DNA from: a virus
DNA length: 64,000 nt
Reading direction: 5' to 3' (one strand)
Virus record (IMG/VR): IMGVR_UViG_3300033990_000306
Location: 1-64,000 of that record
How positions within the stretch are numbered: the stretch's first letter is position 1; every line of letters begins with the position of its first letter. The position numbers and the translations under genes were made by a program. Below are positions 47,401-56,377 of this stretch, one piece after another. The notes beneath the pieces are model-generated. The model worked only from the letters and a program-made list of their open reading frames with translations, did no database searches and was not told the DNA's origin.

Positions 47401-48199
47401 ACTTCAAACAAATGTAGGGTCTCCTTATAGTCCAGTAGATTTAGCTACTATGTTCGGGAAGTTAGTTAGTTATTCTACAGTTAATTATGACACTTCGAAT
47501 ATTGGTTATGGAGGGTTTTCTGCTGAAGTTTTTAGTACACAATCTTTCTATTATGAGTTATTACAATTAGCAACAATACTCGGTTATGGAACGTACTTGG
47601 ACAATAGTAACACTTTGCACTTGCAACCTCTGTTAGGGGCAAATTCTACCACTATAGTTGAAAACGTAAATTGTATTTTCAGTACTACAGTAAATGATAC
47701 TAATTACTTTTATAACACAGTTAATTTAATAGCAAACTCTTTACAGACTACAACTGTATGCAGTACTACTAATTCTTTTACAACCTGCCAAAAATTTAGT
47801 ACTACAGTTCTTAGTTCAACAGTAGCTTCAGTTAATATAAGTGGGGCTTCTGCTACAGCGAAGAAGGTTGATTTAAGTTGGTTAAGTGTTAATGGAGGAG
47901 GTACTTGGGCTAATGGTATGTCTGTTTCTTTGGAGAATTTAGCTAATGTAGCTTTGAGTAGGTTTGAAGAGGGTTATAGAGAGATAGATGTATGGTATAG
48001 TTTGAGTGCGACTAATGCTACAACTTTTCTTAATGTAGGGAGTAATGTTAATATTACGGCAAAATTTGTTGATGGGAGAGAATGGAATAATTTATTTATT
48101 TCACAAGTTAATATAGATTCGACAGGGTTGTATTTGACATTGGTTAATTTCCCGAAAGATATATGGAGTCAAATTTCAAGCGTAACAGCTTATTCCTAA
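44405..48199 (+). CDS. tail tip protein: PKD/Ig-like repeats plus C-terminal hub-like domain
   Basis: Repeated GG..PY.YTWY and GTY.V...V.D; C-terminal LVFSGVV..I...V.AYD.L..L hub motif. Confidence 0.75.
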   Translation: MGRTTTQVSLGVAGGDNATIYGFINGVQISSLSTVTGTIATTRAYYSSTISPQNFSVEVEVDNTGQYKSASKNVWVISGTTLLWGDNTSGSVFTGYGWFSVASTTGVGFKSTSYVKNGNPMNVGNTYCFAVENVTGIAPFTTTWNGDSSIKGTTYCVVIEHPQTAYNASVEVKASNGTNKVEYSQSYNPATTLPYSNSIGITVSESTTIAIVGADVGIKFTVSTVQDNAYPYEYLTYYTDLNGTTFVSTTVISNSTDNASTTFTISPTSSPNDNSLGRYELKFAYKDYYSNYSTSSVYSFQVINIFGAVLTVSDVGELANSTSSTKWYYLSPLENPLFLTYIQWRQNAIVQTNFSYAFYTNNIPSKSILASTVVLSSTSPPVFSILGANYTDRVNATTYVFSVMANRISTTPSYSTSNLIGLFWNDPLTVSISTTLVEGTAGVKLSTTLRAYGYGGGVATAYDYTWYKNGVSTGVKTSTYSISTTYNVGQNYVLFALVESVETKESLSTSPVNVVIKSPVSVTISPSSLSGGIVGRQYSFYANVSGGVSPYDYTWFYSSTANVVGSTLSLNFSTTIAGSNILGVSVKDKNGSGDKVTINTSFYDYPTSVLSANKSIVLTSSTVTFTDVSQGSSNFNYAFYVNGIEKSSGSGANFSFSTTATGTYNVYCQVEDLDTHVVQDSNIIQIQVVQGIGAEVKVQYSTTVVTVPDAFMVNGVYGFPPYSYTWYYNTSESTSGAILISSTQVMNFSTTVAGLYYVFAHVSDSALHSINSSFVEIKEVNKPSVSISGPTLGNTNVVITWSSNIVDGSGNYSYTWYLDGKTNISNGNFTSSTFSTTFTSDGTYTINLEVYDKGYRYTLPLSNTITLLVAPVATLTLNIKDTLTMHNYLTGTKTSTSASPSTTSLPFTVLVNGRNVHAMNISSERNIDVAGELDFTVVKRYMYSTTNGSTTFMTVGSPVQFYLYNNLVFSGVVNNINMQSNMQYKVQAYDGLYYLAGTRLQTNVGSPYSPVDLATMFGKLVSYSTVNYDTSNIGYGGFSAEVFSTQSFYYELLQLATILGYGTYLDNSNTLHLQPLLGANSTTIVENVNCIFSTTVNDTNYFYNTVNLIANSLQTTTVCSTTNSFTTCQKFSTTVLSSTVASVNISGASATAKKVDLSWLSVNGGGTWANGMSVSLENLANVALSRFEEGYREIDVWYSLSATNATTFLNVGSNVNITAKFVDGREWNNLFISQVNIDSTGLYLTLVNFPKDIWSQISSVTAYS

Positions 48200-48246
48200 G
48201 AATTTTTAAATATTATATACCGATAGGGAAAAAGGAGGAAAATGAA

Positions 48247-48558
48247 ATGACAAAAATAGTTGAATTTGAACCACCCCCGAAAGAAGAGCCAAAAGAGAAG
48301 TATCTGAAGCCTATAGAGGTACTCAATATACCAATAATAATTGAGTCCTACAGTATAGAGAAGAGACCCGGCAGGAAAGGAGATTACGATAATCTCATTC
48401 TTGTAACAGACAAAGGAAAAATACAGACAGGGGCTAAAGTTCTAGTAAAACAAATACTAGCAAAAAAAGATGTATTTGAGAATGGCAACAAGCTTCGGGC
48501 AATAATAAAGACGAAAACCTCACCAGCAGGTACATATTATTATTTCGAGAAACCATAA
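48247..48558 (+). CDS. probable ssDNA-binding (OB-like) protein
   Basis: GGAGG SD before ATG 48247; first gene of replication block. Confidence 0.45.
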   Translation: MTKIVEFEPPPKEEPKEKYLKPIEVLNIPIIIESYSIEKRPGRKGDYDNLILVTDKGKIQTGAKVLVKQILAKKDVFENGNKLRAIIKTKTSPAGTYYYFEKP

Positions 48559-48569
48559 GAGTAATAATT

Positions 48570-48761
48570 ATGCGTTGGTATGTGTTACTTCAAGCTAAAG
48601 ATATTAATTTATTTTTAGTTGAAGGAAACACAAAAAATTATTTTGTTAGTGAAAACAGTTTCGGAGAGTGGAGATGCACTTGTCCGAGTTTTTTATTTAG
48701 GAGTAAGGAGTGTAAGCATATTCTTCAAATTAAAGAAGAATTAAATAAGGAAAAACAATAG
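48570..48761 (+). CDS. SWIM zinc-finger protein
   Basis: WRCTCPSF.FR...CKHI. Confidence 0.8.
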   Translation: MRWYVLLQAKDINLFLVEGNTKNYFVSENSFGEWRCTCPSFLFRSKECKHILQIKEELNKEKQ

Positions 48762-48782
48762 AGAAAGAACGGAGAAGTTATT

Positions 48783-49601
48783 ATGATAGAGAGTTATTTG
48801 AGCGGAATTAATAAGTTGATAGGTAAAGGCTACGAAGAACAAGAAATATACGCTTTGTATGGAGAGCCTAATGTTGGCAAAACTACTTTTCTTATAGGAG
48901 AAATTGCTAGTTTAATTAGTAAGGGCTATAGAGTAGTTTGGATTGACACAGAAGGAGGCTTTAAAGGAGTATGGGAAAAATGGTTTCCTTTGTATAAAAC
49001 TAAGTATGGGTTGAAAGATAGTGACGATGATAAGTTTCTTTATCATAAGGCTTTTACAGTAGAGGAATTTGTAAAGTACTTGGGTTATAATATTTCCGTA
49101 GAGTATGACAAGAATAAAATAAACGTTTCTCTAGGTGGGAAAGTTGACGAGAAAGAAACAATATATGAGAAGTTTGGTAAGTTGAAAGGAAAGGTAGCTG
49201 TGGTTGTTGATAGTTTTTCTTCACCAATTAAGTTACAGTTTACTGGGAATGTTCAGAATTTTAGTGGAAGGGCTGATGCTGAAAGTATAATGCTATATGG
49301 ACTAATGCAGTATATGGAAAAGACTAATGCTTTTTCAATAATAACTAATCATTCGAGTAAGAATCCTACTGACATATTCCATAACAATCCTACTATGAGG
49401 GGCGGAAAGACAATACAGTATTACAGTAAGCATATACTTTACTGGGAGAAGCCTCTAAGAAAGACTTGGGCTGACTATAGAAAAGTAACAGCAGTAAGGA
49501 CTCCAATAGCAAGAGATTGGGAATTGTTTAGCTGGATAAAGATTAATGGAACAGCAGGGATGTCAGACTCTTCTGAAGCAGAGTTAGAATCTATTAAATG
49601 A
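48783..49601 (+). CDS. RadA/RadB-like RecA-family ATPase
   Basis: Walker A GEPNVGKT, IDTEGG, Walker B VVVDS, RGG. Confidence 0.85.
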   Translation: MIESYLSGINKLIGKGYEEQEIYALYGEPNVGKTTFLIGEIASLISKGYRVVWIDTEGGFKGVWEKWFPLYKTKYGLKDSDDDKFLYHKAFTVEEFVKYLGYNISVEYDKNKINVSLGGKVDEKETIYEKFGKLKGKVAVVVDSFSSPIKLQFTGNVQNFSGRADAESIMLYGLMQYMEKTNAFSIITNHSSKNPTDIFHNNPTMRGGKTIQYYSKHILYWEKPLRKTWADYRKVTAVRTPIARDWELFSWIKINGTAGMSDSSEAELESIK

Positions 49602-49686
49602 AAGAATATGGTGATGACAATGATTTACACCTTTGAAGAGAGAAAACCTTCTCTAATGATTTATAAATTCGAGGTGAATATAATTA

Positions 49687-50694
49687 ATGTTAACTTCTAA
49701 AGAATTTTCAGAGAAATTTTCCACACAGATAAATTTGTGGTGTAGAGGAAAGGAAAATGTATTTCCGAGAGAGTTGGGGTTAAATAGAGTTATAGTTAAG
49801 AATGAGGAAGAGTTAATTTCAGGTTGGAAAGATGTGGACGAGTATATGTCTGTCTTTAATTTGAAGCAAAGGTTTTATGAAAAGTATGACACAATATATT
49901 TTGATGTGGACGGAAAGACTAATGGAACAGAAGAAGCCTTTGAGAAAGTTAAGAAAGTCTATAGTAAATTTCCTCATATAAGTAGATGCTATTATAGTGG
50001 AGTAGGTTATCATTTATTTGTTGACTTGCTTTATGAAATAAATGGGAAGGGACTTTACAAAGAATATGTACGGCAGTTAGTTGAAAAGTATGGAATAAAA
50101 GAATATTTAGACCCAAGTGTATTGGGAGACGTTAGTAGAGTAGCTAGAGTACCTAACTCTATAAATTCTAAGAGTGGGAAAACAATGGTATTAATTGACT
50201 TAGCTTCTTTGGGAAAAAGTGATAAACCTGAACAATTAGTTTCAGTAAGTACTACTTCTGTACCTAAAATTTCATTTGAGCAACTTAACTTGTTGCCGAA
50301 TGAAATAGAAGAAAAAAAGAAAATACCAACCCCGAAAGCCGAAATTAGTTGGGAGAGTAAGTATGGAGTTAATTACCCTCCTTGTATAACTAATAGTATT
50401 AAAATGCTTAGTGAAGAAGGAGAATTAAATCATAGCGAAAGGTTACACTTAGCTACCTTTTTAATTAATATAGGTAAGGAGAAAGACCTGAGAGAATATT
50501 TAAAACTGGCAAATGATTATAGTGAGAGTATAACTGACTACCAGATAAATTATTTGAAGGAGAGAGAAATGTCTAGCTTTAGTTGTGATAGAGTAGAGGA
50601 TGATATTTGTAGTTATGTTGGGCGAAAAAGGCTGTGTCCTTTTTATCCTTCTGTAAACGTAGCTGTTAGGAGGTTAAAGAATGAAACTAGATAA
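49687..50694 (+). CDS. archaeo-eukaryotic primase, PriS fused to PriL Fe-S domain
   Basis: FDVD, YSGVGYH, RVARVPNS.N.KSG; PPCI...H.ER..LATFL...DY...T.YQ...SC...C. Confidence 0.85.
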   Translation: MLTSKEFSEKFSTQINLWCRGKENVFPRELGLNRVIVKNEEELISGWKDVDEYMSVFNLKQRFYEKYDTIYFDVDGKTNGTEEAFEKVKKVYSKFPHISRCYYSGVGYHLFVDLLYEINGKGLYKEYVRQLVEKYGIKEYLDPSVLGDVSRVARVPNSINSKSGKTMVLIDLASLGKSDKPEQLVSVSTTSVPKISFEQLNLLPNEIEEKKKIPTPKAEISWESKYGVNYPPCITNSIKMLSEEGELNHSERLHLATFLINIGKEKDLREYLKLANDYSESITDYQINYLKEREMSSFSCDRVEDDICSYVGRKRLCPFYPSVNVAVRRLKNETR

Positions 50695-52822
50695 TGTAGT
50701 TAATTTAACCTACAGCAGAGAGAAGAGAGGATTTGTTGATGTAACGTTTAATGACGGAGAAATAATAAGTTATTCATATGCCCAACTAGAGCTTCCTTAT
50801 TTTTATTCTGGAGTTAATTTTCTTACTAGTGGTAAGTTAAAAGCTGATGAGTTAGCTTTAATAGAAAGTTGTACTTATGAAGAGAAAGAAGCATTGACAG
50901 ATAATGGTTATATTAAAATGCCCTTTTATAAAATAGTTACTAAAGTTCCAGAAGAAATTGGAAGGTTAAGAAGTAAAAGTTCTTATTCGGCAGAAGGAAA
51001 TATACCATACCTAGAGAGAAGGTTAGGGGCAGATGGTATAGTTAATTTTACTTATAATGTAGAAAGGTATGCTTATATTGATATTGAAGAACAGAAAGCA
51101 AAGATTAGTTTAATTGGGGTTATAACTTCATTGGAGGATAAATATTACCCATTTTATAATATGTCTTCGTTTTTAGAGTTTATGGAGAAAAATAAAATAA
51201 GTACTATTTTTGCGTGGAATGGTAATGGGTATGACTATTTGAGAATGGAGAAAGACATTCCTATGGTCGAGAAGGGTAAGTTGGTTACTAGGTGGAATGC
51301 TTTATTGAAAATTGATGCTATGGAGATATACGCTCGTTATATGCAAAAGAAGTTAATGAGTTTGAATGCGGCTTCGGCTGAGGAAGAGTTAGGTAAGAAG
51401 ATAGAGTTAAGTGGAAAGTTTGATGAAATTCCTATGAAGGAGTTGGAAGTGTATAATGAGCAGGACGTTAGACTGCTAAGAGGTATTATAGAGAAAACTA
51501 AAATTCACCAGATAATATTTAGAATTGGGTCATATGCTGGGCTTATTCCTAATTTAATTAGTCCTACTAGGTTAGCTGATAATTTATTTATTAAGGAGTT
51601 ACAGCCTCAAGGAAAGGTATTGTTTGACTATAATGTTAGAGCGGTAGGTAAACTTGAAGGAGCTACAATTATTACAACCAAGTCTGGAGTTCACCAGAAA
51701 GTAGCTGGAATAGACTTAGACCACCTTTACCCTAGTGTAGTAATGTACAATAGCTGGCTGGGTAGAGATATGGAAGTTTGGAAATTAGTTCAATATTTCA
51801 TACGAAAGTTTTTAGAAATGAGGGCGGAAGAGAAAAATCTTTATTCAACGACTAAGGATGACGTTCACGACATAGCCCAAAAGGCTTTGAAAGTTATGAG
51901 TAATAGCTGGTATGGAGTTTTACAAAATCAGTATTACCGTTATGCTAATACTGATATGGGAAATTTTATTACTGAAAACGCTAGGAAAGTGCGGGAGAAA
52001 CTTCAAGCTTTAGTAGAGTTATTCGGGTTTGAAGTTATATTGAGTGATACTGATAGTGTGTTTATAACTAATGTAGAGGAAGACAAAGCTAAGTCTATGG
52101 TAGAAATAATAAATAAAAAGTTATTTCCATATCAGGTTAAGGTAGAAAAGTATTTCCACAAAATGATAGTAATGGTTTCTAATAGTGGAAAGAGTGTTAA
52201 GAAGAGGTATGTAGGAATTGACTCTAAAGGAGAATTAAAGTCTACTGGGGTGGAGATAATAAGAAGCGAGAGTATACCAATAACGAAAGAAGTTGAGAAG
52301 ACTTTGTTTAATTATTTGTTAGTGGAAAATAAGAGTGAGGCAGAAATTCATTCTTACTTAAATAGTATAGAGGAAAGGTTTAATAGTATACCAATAGAAG
52401 AATTACTGAAAGAGAAGGTGGTCGACTCTGAGAAAGAGTATAAGTCCAAGACTACTGTAGTTAAAGTAGCTGAGGCATTGAATTATGAAATTGAAGTTTC
52501 TACTGAGAGTTTTACAAACAAGAATGGAGTAACTAGAGACAGGAAGAAATATAGAATAACATCTCCGAATGGAGCAAGACTATTTGAGTTAAGGTGGTTA
52601 CTCGGAGAAAAAGGAAAGCCAATACCAGTTGAAGAAGGAGTTTCTTTAGAGAGTTATAGTTCGTTAGTTGACTATGACTTTTATTGGAACTCGGCTATCG
52701 TTCAGCCAGTAAACAGAATACTACTGTCAGTAGGAATGAGTATGTTAGAGCGAAAAAAGAAACCAAGAAAAAGACTTATAAAGACTAAAGAAATAACAAC
52801 GAAGAAATTGGAGGTAGAATGA
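50681..52822 (+). CDS. polB: family B DNA polymerase
   Basis: Exo DIE, WNG.GYD; DLDHLYPS, K..SNS.YG, SDTDS, KKRY. Confidence 0.92.
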   Translation: MKLDNVVNLTYSREKRGFVDVTFNDGEIISYSYAQLELPYFYSGVNFLTSGKLKADELALIESCTYEEKEALTDNGYIKMPFYKIVTKVPEEIGRLRSKSSYSAEGNIPYLERRLGADGIVNFTYNVERYAYIDIEEQKAKISLIGVITSLEDKYYPFYNMSSFLEFMEKNKISTIFAWNGNGYDYLRMEKDIPMVEKGKLVTRWNALLKIDAMEIYARYMQKKLMSLNAASAEEELGKKIELSGKFDEIPMKELEVYNEQDVRLLRGIIEKTKIHQIIFRIGSYAGLIPNLISPTRLADNLFIKELQPQGKVLFDYNVRAVGKLEGATIITTKSGVHQKVAGIDLDHLYPSVVMYNSWLGRDMEVWKLVQYFIRKFLEMRAEEKNLYSTTKDDVHDIAQKALKVMSNSWYGVLQNQYYRYANTDMGNFITENARKVREKLQALVELFGFEVILSDTDSVFITNVEEDKAKSMVEIINKKLFPYQVKVEKYFHKMIVMVSNSGKSVKKRYVGIDSKGELKSTGVEIIRSESIPITKEVEKTLFNYLLVENKSEAEIHSYLNSIEERFNSIPIEELLKEKVVDSEKEYKSKTTVVKVAEALNYEIEVSTESFTNKNGVTRDRKKYRITSPNGARLFELRWLLGEKGKPIPVEEGVSLESYSSLVDYDFYWNSAIVQPVNRILLSVGMSMLERKKKPRKRLIKTKEITTKKLEVE

Positions 52823-52823
52823 A

Positions 52824-53465
52824 ATGGATTTAGAGGCTGTAAAGAAATGGGCTAGTATAAATTACCCATATTTGATTAGCAACGAAGACGCAATAGTGAG
52901 ACTCTATAAGAAGAGTGTTCTGGGAGAGGTTATAGTGGAGAAGACAAAGTATATAGCTCCTTACAGACCTATAGCAAAGTTGGAAGATAAAATTCCAGCA
53001 ACTATAGCTGTGACTAAAATTGTCAAACTAAGGACTTCTTCGAAAGAAGTATGTGCGGTGTGCGGAAAGAAAATATGTACTGAGCATACTCAGAGAGTAT
53101 TGAAGTATGCTGGGGTTTATCAAATGGCAGACCCAACAGGAATTGTGGAGGCATTTGTATTTGAGACTAAAGAGTTTGTAGACGGGTTAGACAAAGCAGA
53201 CTTTCTATTATTGGCAGGGAGATATGAGAAGAATACTAATGGGGCTTCTTTTATAATAAGGAGTTATGAAGTTTTGACAAAAGATGCTCTTAAAGCGTTC
53301 TATGATGTTATGGACTTTTTTACTATAAGTAGTAGTGGAGGTACAATACAAGAAGATAAGTACGAGAAGTACATTAAGTCTAGTGGTAATGAAATTGAAA
53401 TTAGAGCCATTGAAAAGTATTTTGTTAGTAAAAAAGAAAGTGGAGTTCTATATTTAAATTTGTGA
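52824..53465 (+). CDS. RPA-like OB-fold protein with Zn finger
   Basis: C..CGKK.C.H within OB fold; D.TG.V.A.VF. Confidence 0.55.
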   Translation: MDLEAVKKWASINYPYLISNEDAIVRLYKKSVLGEVIVEKTKYIAPYRPIAKLEDKIPATIAVTKIVKLRTSSKEVCAVCGKKICTEHTQRVLKYAGVYQMADPTGIVEAFVFETKEFVDGLDKADFLLLAGRYEKNTNGASFIIRSYEVLTKDALKAFYDVMDFFTISSSGGTIQEDKYEKYIKSSGNEIEIRAIEKYFVSKKESGVLYLNL

Positions 53466-53474
53466 GGAATGTAG

Positions 53475-54194
53475 ATGAATAGTGAAGAAGAGGAAATAGC
53501 AGATAAAATTAATGAGAAGTTTAGAGAGGGAGTTAGAAAATGGATGGACGAAGAACAAGCTAAACGTGATAAAAGTATATTTCACGTTAGTAGTTTTGTT
53601 TATGGTTGTCTAAGGAAAGTTTGGTATGAAGAAAAGTATGCCGACAAAGTTCCTCCAGTTGATGATGAAGGAATTTTAAGAATGTGGATAGGTACTAAGT
53701 TGCACGAAACACCGATAACAGAAATGCACGAAACTCCTGTATGGATAGATTTTCCAGTAAAAGATTTTGGTGGGAGGCTTGATGAGATTTTTGAAATTGA
53801 CGGTAAGAAAATATTAGTAGACAAAAAATTTAGTAATAGTTTGCCGAAGAGTATGAATGACCATTATTATAAACAGATTACATATTATGCCGCTATGCTT
53901 CTGTATTCTAAAAATATTTTGGTAGACGGAGTTGGAATACATTATATGAAACCAACTGTGAATTATAATGATAAAGAGCGGGAGAGAACTTTTGTTAAGT
54001 TGTTAACTAAAGAGGAAATTCTGGAAGTAGGAGAGGAAATAAAGAGAATGGTATATGAAGTAATGGAGGACTTAGAGAAAGATATTCTACCTCCGCCATA
54101 TCATAGTTGGTATTGTCAGTATTGTCCTTTCTCTGTTTCTTGTTATGCAGAGACTAAAGACTATTTAGCTGATACTGGAGAAGTTGTAGAATGA
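53475..54194 (+). CDS. Cas4-like PD-(D/E)XK exonuclease
   Basis: C.RK.WY, GT.LHE, GRLDE...VDKK, Q...Y, C.YCPF...C. Confidence 0.85.
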   Translation: MNSEEEEIADKINEKFREGVRKWMDEEQAKRDKSIFHVSSFVYGCLRKVWYEEKYADKVPPVDDEGILRMWIGTKLHETPITEMHETPVWIDFPVKDFGGRLDEIFEIDGKKILVDKKFSNSLPKSMNDHYYKQITYYAAMLLYSKNILVDGVGIHYMKPTVNYNDKERERTFVKLLTKEEILEVGEEIKRMVYEVMEDLEKDILPPPYHSWYCQYCPFSVSCYAETKDYLADTGEVVE

Positions 54195-55015
54195 TAATAG
54201 TGGACATTTTTGAGACTACAAACAACCCAAAGACTAAAGACCAGATGGACGCAATAAAGTTGAATTACGAAATAAGACCATTAACTAAAGGCGGGGATTA
54301 TTTAATTGAAGGGGAAATGGCTAAGGTGGTAATAGAGAGAAAAGAAATTAATGACTTATTTAGTAGTAACCACGAAGGAAGACTACCTAAGCAAATGAAT
54401 AAGTTGGTTACTGAGTACCCAGACTATAAGAAGATATTGCTTATAGAGGGAAGTATTTCTACAGTTATTAGTAGGGCTGGTGCTAGGAGTGGAGTTAAGA
54501 AAGGAGGAGTAGTAGACTTTAGTAATAATTCTAAGAATTTATATGCTAGGTATTCTAGTGAGTTTGTTGGAATTGTTAATAGTATAATTACTACTAGTGA
54601 TATAAATGTAATACAGGTGAGTAGTAAGTGGCAGACTATAACTTTACTAAAGAATTTAGACGCTTGGGTTTCTGGAGAGAAGCATACGAGGATGAGGAGT
54701 TCTGTAGCGAAGAAAGTTGATAGACCATTAGACAGAGAAGTAGAAGACTTATGGTTAACTATTCACGGAGTAGGTTGGCAAAGAGTGTGGAAAATAGTTA
54801 ATGAATATCCTTCTTTACTTGACTTAGCAAAAGATATTATAGAGAGTAAGGACTCAACTATAAAAGAAAAGTTAGGAGAAAGTTTGGGTAGTCATATAAT
54901 TGAAGTGTTTAAAAACAAAATAGACAATAGCAAAAAAGAGGTGGAGGAGAATGAAACTAAGAAAGCAAAAAAAGAAAGAAAGCCGAGAAGTAAACCAAGT
55001 AGTTCTTCCAAATGA
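54191..55015 (+). CDS. ERCC4/XPF-family nuclease
   Basis: GDY...IERK..DL..S..GRL..Q, LLIEG, HhH GVG. Confidence 0.85.
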   Translation: MIIVDIFETTNNPKTKDQMDAIKLNYEIRPLTKGGDYLIEGEMAKVVIERKEINDLFSSNHEGRLPKQMNKLVTEYPDYKKILLIEGSISTVISRAGARSGVKKGGVVDFSNNSKNLYARYSSEFVGIVNSIITTSDINVIQVSSKWQTITLLKNLDAWVSGEKHTRMRSSVAKKVDRPLDREVEDLWLTIHGVGWQRVWKIVNEYPSLLDLAKDIIESKDSTIKEKLGESLGSHIIEVFKNKIDNSKKEVEENETKKAKKERKPRSKPSSSSK

Positions 55016-55307
55016 TGAAGAAACTATAAGCAAGTTTATAGACGAGCCTATAATATGTCCTAAACACGCTATGGAAATAGAAAGTAAGTTAAAGGTAACT
55101 GACGAGGACACATTTCAGAAAGTAGTGGAAGTAACTTCTGATAAGTTTTTATTGTATATTGACGAAGAGGAATATGACCGAATGTATGGTACAGGTAGGT
55201 GGAGTGCTTTTAAGAAAAATCTCAAAGCTAAAGGGAATTGTATATTTTGTCTTTTAGAGAATACTAGTTTGCTGGAAGATGTAGTTAAAGAAGTAAATGG
55301 TGAGTAG
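54951..55307 (+). CDS. Zn-binding hypothetical protein
   Basis: ICPKH...CIFC. Confidence 0.55.
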   Translation: MKLRKQKKKESREVNQVVLPNDEETISKFIDEPIICPKHAMEIESKLKVTDEDTFQKVVEVTSDKFLLYIDEEEYDRMYGTGRWSAFKKNLKAKGNCIFCLLENTSLLEDVVKEVNGE

Positions 55308-55308
55308 A

Positions 55309-55464
55309 ATGTTATATTGTTCTAATTGTAGAGTAAAATTTCCTAGAGAGGAATTGCAGGAAATATATTGTTTTAAGCATAAGAGGAAAGAATTGTTTTG
55401 CGATATGTGTGCTATAGAAATAGAATTTAATGGAGGGGATGAACATAGTTTTGTGGGTGAATGA
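55309..55464 (+). CDS. small Zn-finger protein
   Basis: YCSNC...FCDMC; manual translation. Confidence 0.45.
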   Translation: MLYCSNCRVKFPREELQEIYCFKHKRKELFCDMCAIEIEFNGGDEHSFVGE

Positions 55465-56149
55465 CATTTCTCCTAGTACTCAGGGAGAAGGGAAGTATAT
55501 GGGTACGAGTATAGTTATACTGAGAATGATGTTATGTAACTTAGAGTGTAGTGCTAGTAAAGGAGGGTTTGATTGTGATACTTATTACACGTGGGATAAG
55601 AATAGGTTAGCCGAAGGAAGAAAGTTAACTGTAGAAGAAACTGTTAATGAGGTTAATAAGTATATGTCTCCAGAAAGAAACACTATAATGCTTACAGGGG
55701 GAGAACCTCTTATATGGCAGAAGAATGAAGAGTTTGTTGAAGTTTTGAAGAAACTTAAAGAGTTAGGTTGGAAAATACATTTAGAGACTAATGGTACTCA
55801 GAAGTTAGAAATACAAGAGTTAATGGACTTTATAGCTATTAGTCCAAAGCAAACTCAGTACAAGTCTTATTATAATAATGAAATAGTGCAGAGTTATTTT
55901 ACAGTACCACATATATGGAAATTTGTTATAAGGACTAGGGAAAATGTTACTGACGCAATAGAATTTCTACTTATTCACAAAGTTCCAACTTCTGATGAAA
56001 TTTTTCTTATGCCGGAAGGAGTTACTTCTGAGCAACTACTTTCCTCAATAAAGAAATTTATAAACCCTAACATAATACTCTTTCCAAGAAATAAATATAA
56101 TAACATATATATTTCTAACAGAAGGCAAATAACGGAGGGATTTAAATGA
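55430..56149 (+). CDS. queE: 7-carboxy-7-deazaguanine synthase (radical SAM)
   Basis: STQGEG..MG, CNLEC...CDT.Y.W, LTGGEPL, LETNGT, ISPK, KFVI, LMPEG. Confidence 0.9.
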   Translation: MEGMNIVLWVNDISPSTQGEGKYMGTSIVILRMMLCNLECSASKGGFDCDTYYTWDKNRLAEGRKLTVEETVNEVNKYMSPERNTIMLTGGEPLIWQKNEEFVEVLKKLKELGWKIHLETNGTQKLEIQELMDFIAISPKQTQYKSYYNNEIVQSYFTVPHIWKFVIRTRENVTDAIEFLLIHKVPTSDEIFLMPEGVTSEQLLSSIKKFINPNIILFPRNKYNNIYISNRRQITEGFK

Positions 56150-56370
56150 AGAGAAACAAAGTTAAGACAAAGGTGGATGGAGAGAAGCTTATATTGACAG
56201 GATTTTCAGAGAAGGAGTTAAATTATTTTAAGGAGAATAAAGTAGTTTTCTTCGAGCAAATGAATGATATTTTTGTGTTGTATATAAATGACAATACTAC
56301 ATTTGCTACTGACGATGAGACTTATAAGCCTAATGAAGACACGAAAGACCACTTAAATATGTATAGGTGA
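56146..56370 (+). CDS. hypothetical protein
   Basis: ORF in operon. Confidence 0.5.
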   Translation: MKRNKVKTKVDGEKLILTGFSEKELNYFKENKVVFFEQMNDIFVLYINDNTTFATDDETYKPNEDTKDHLNMYR

Positions 56371-56377
56371 AAATTAG

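Noticed and set aside
40737-48199. Contractile (myovirus) tail
   Set aside because: No sheath or baseplate wedge genes recognised
53475-54194. Cas4 as evidence of a CRISPR system
   Set aside because: No repeat-spacer array or other cas genes; solo Cas4-like nucleases are common in archaeal virus replication blocks
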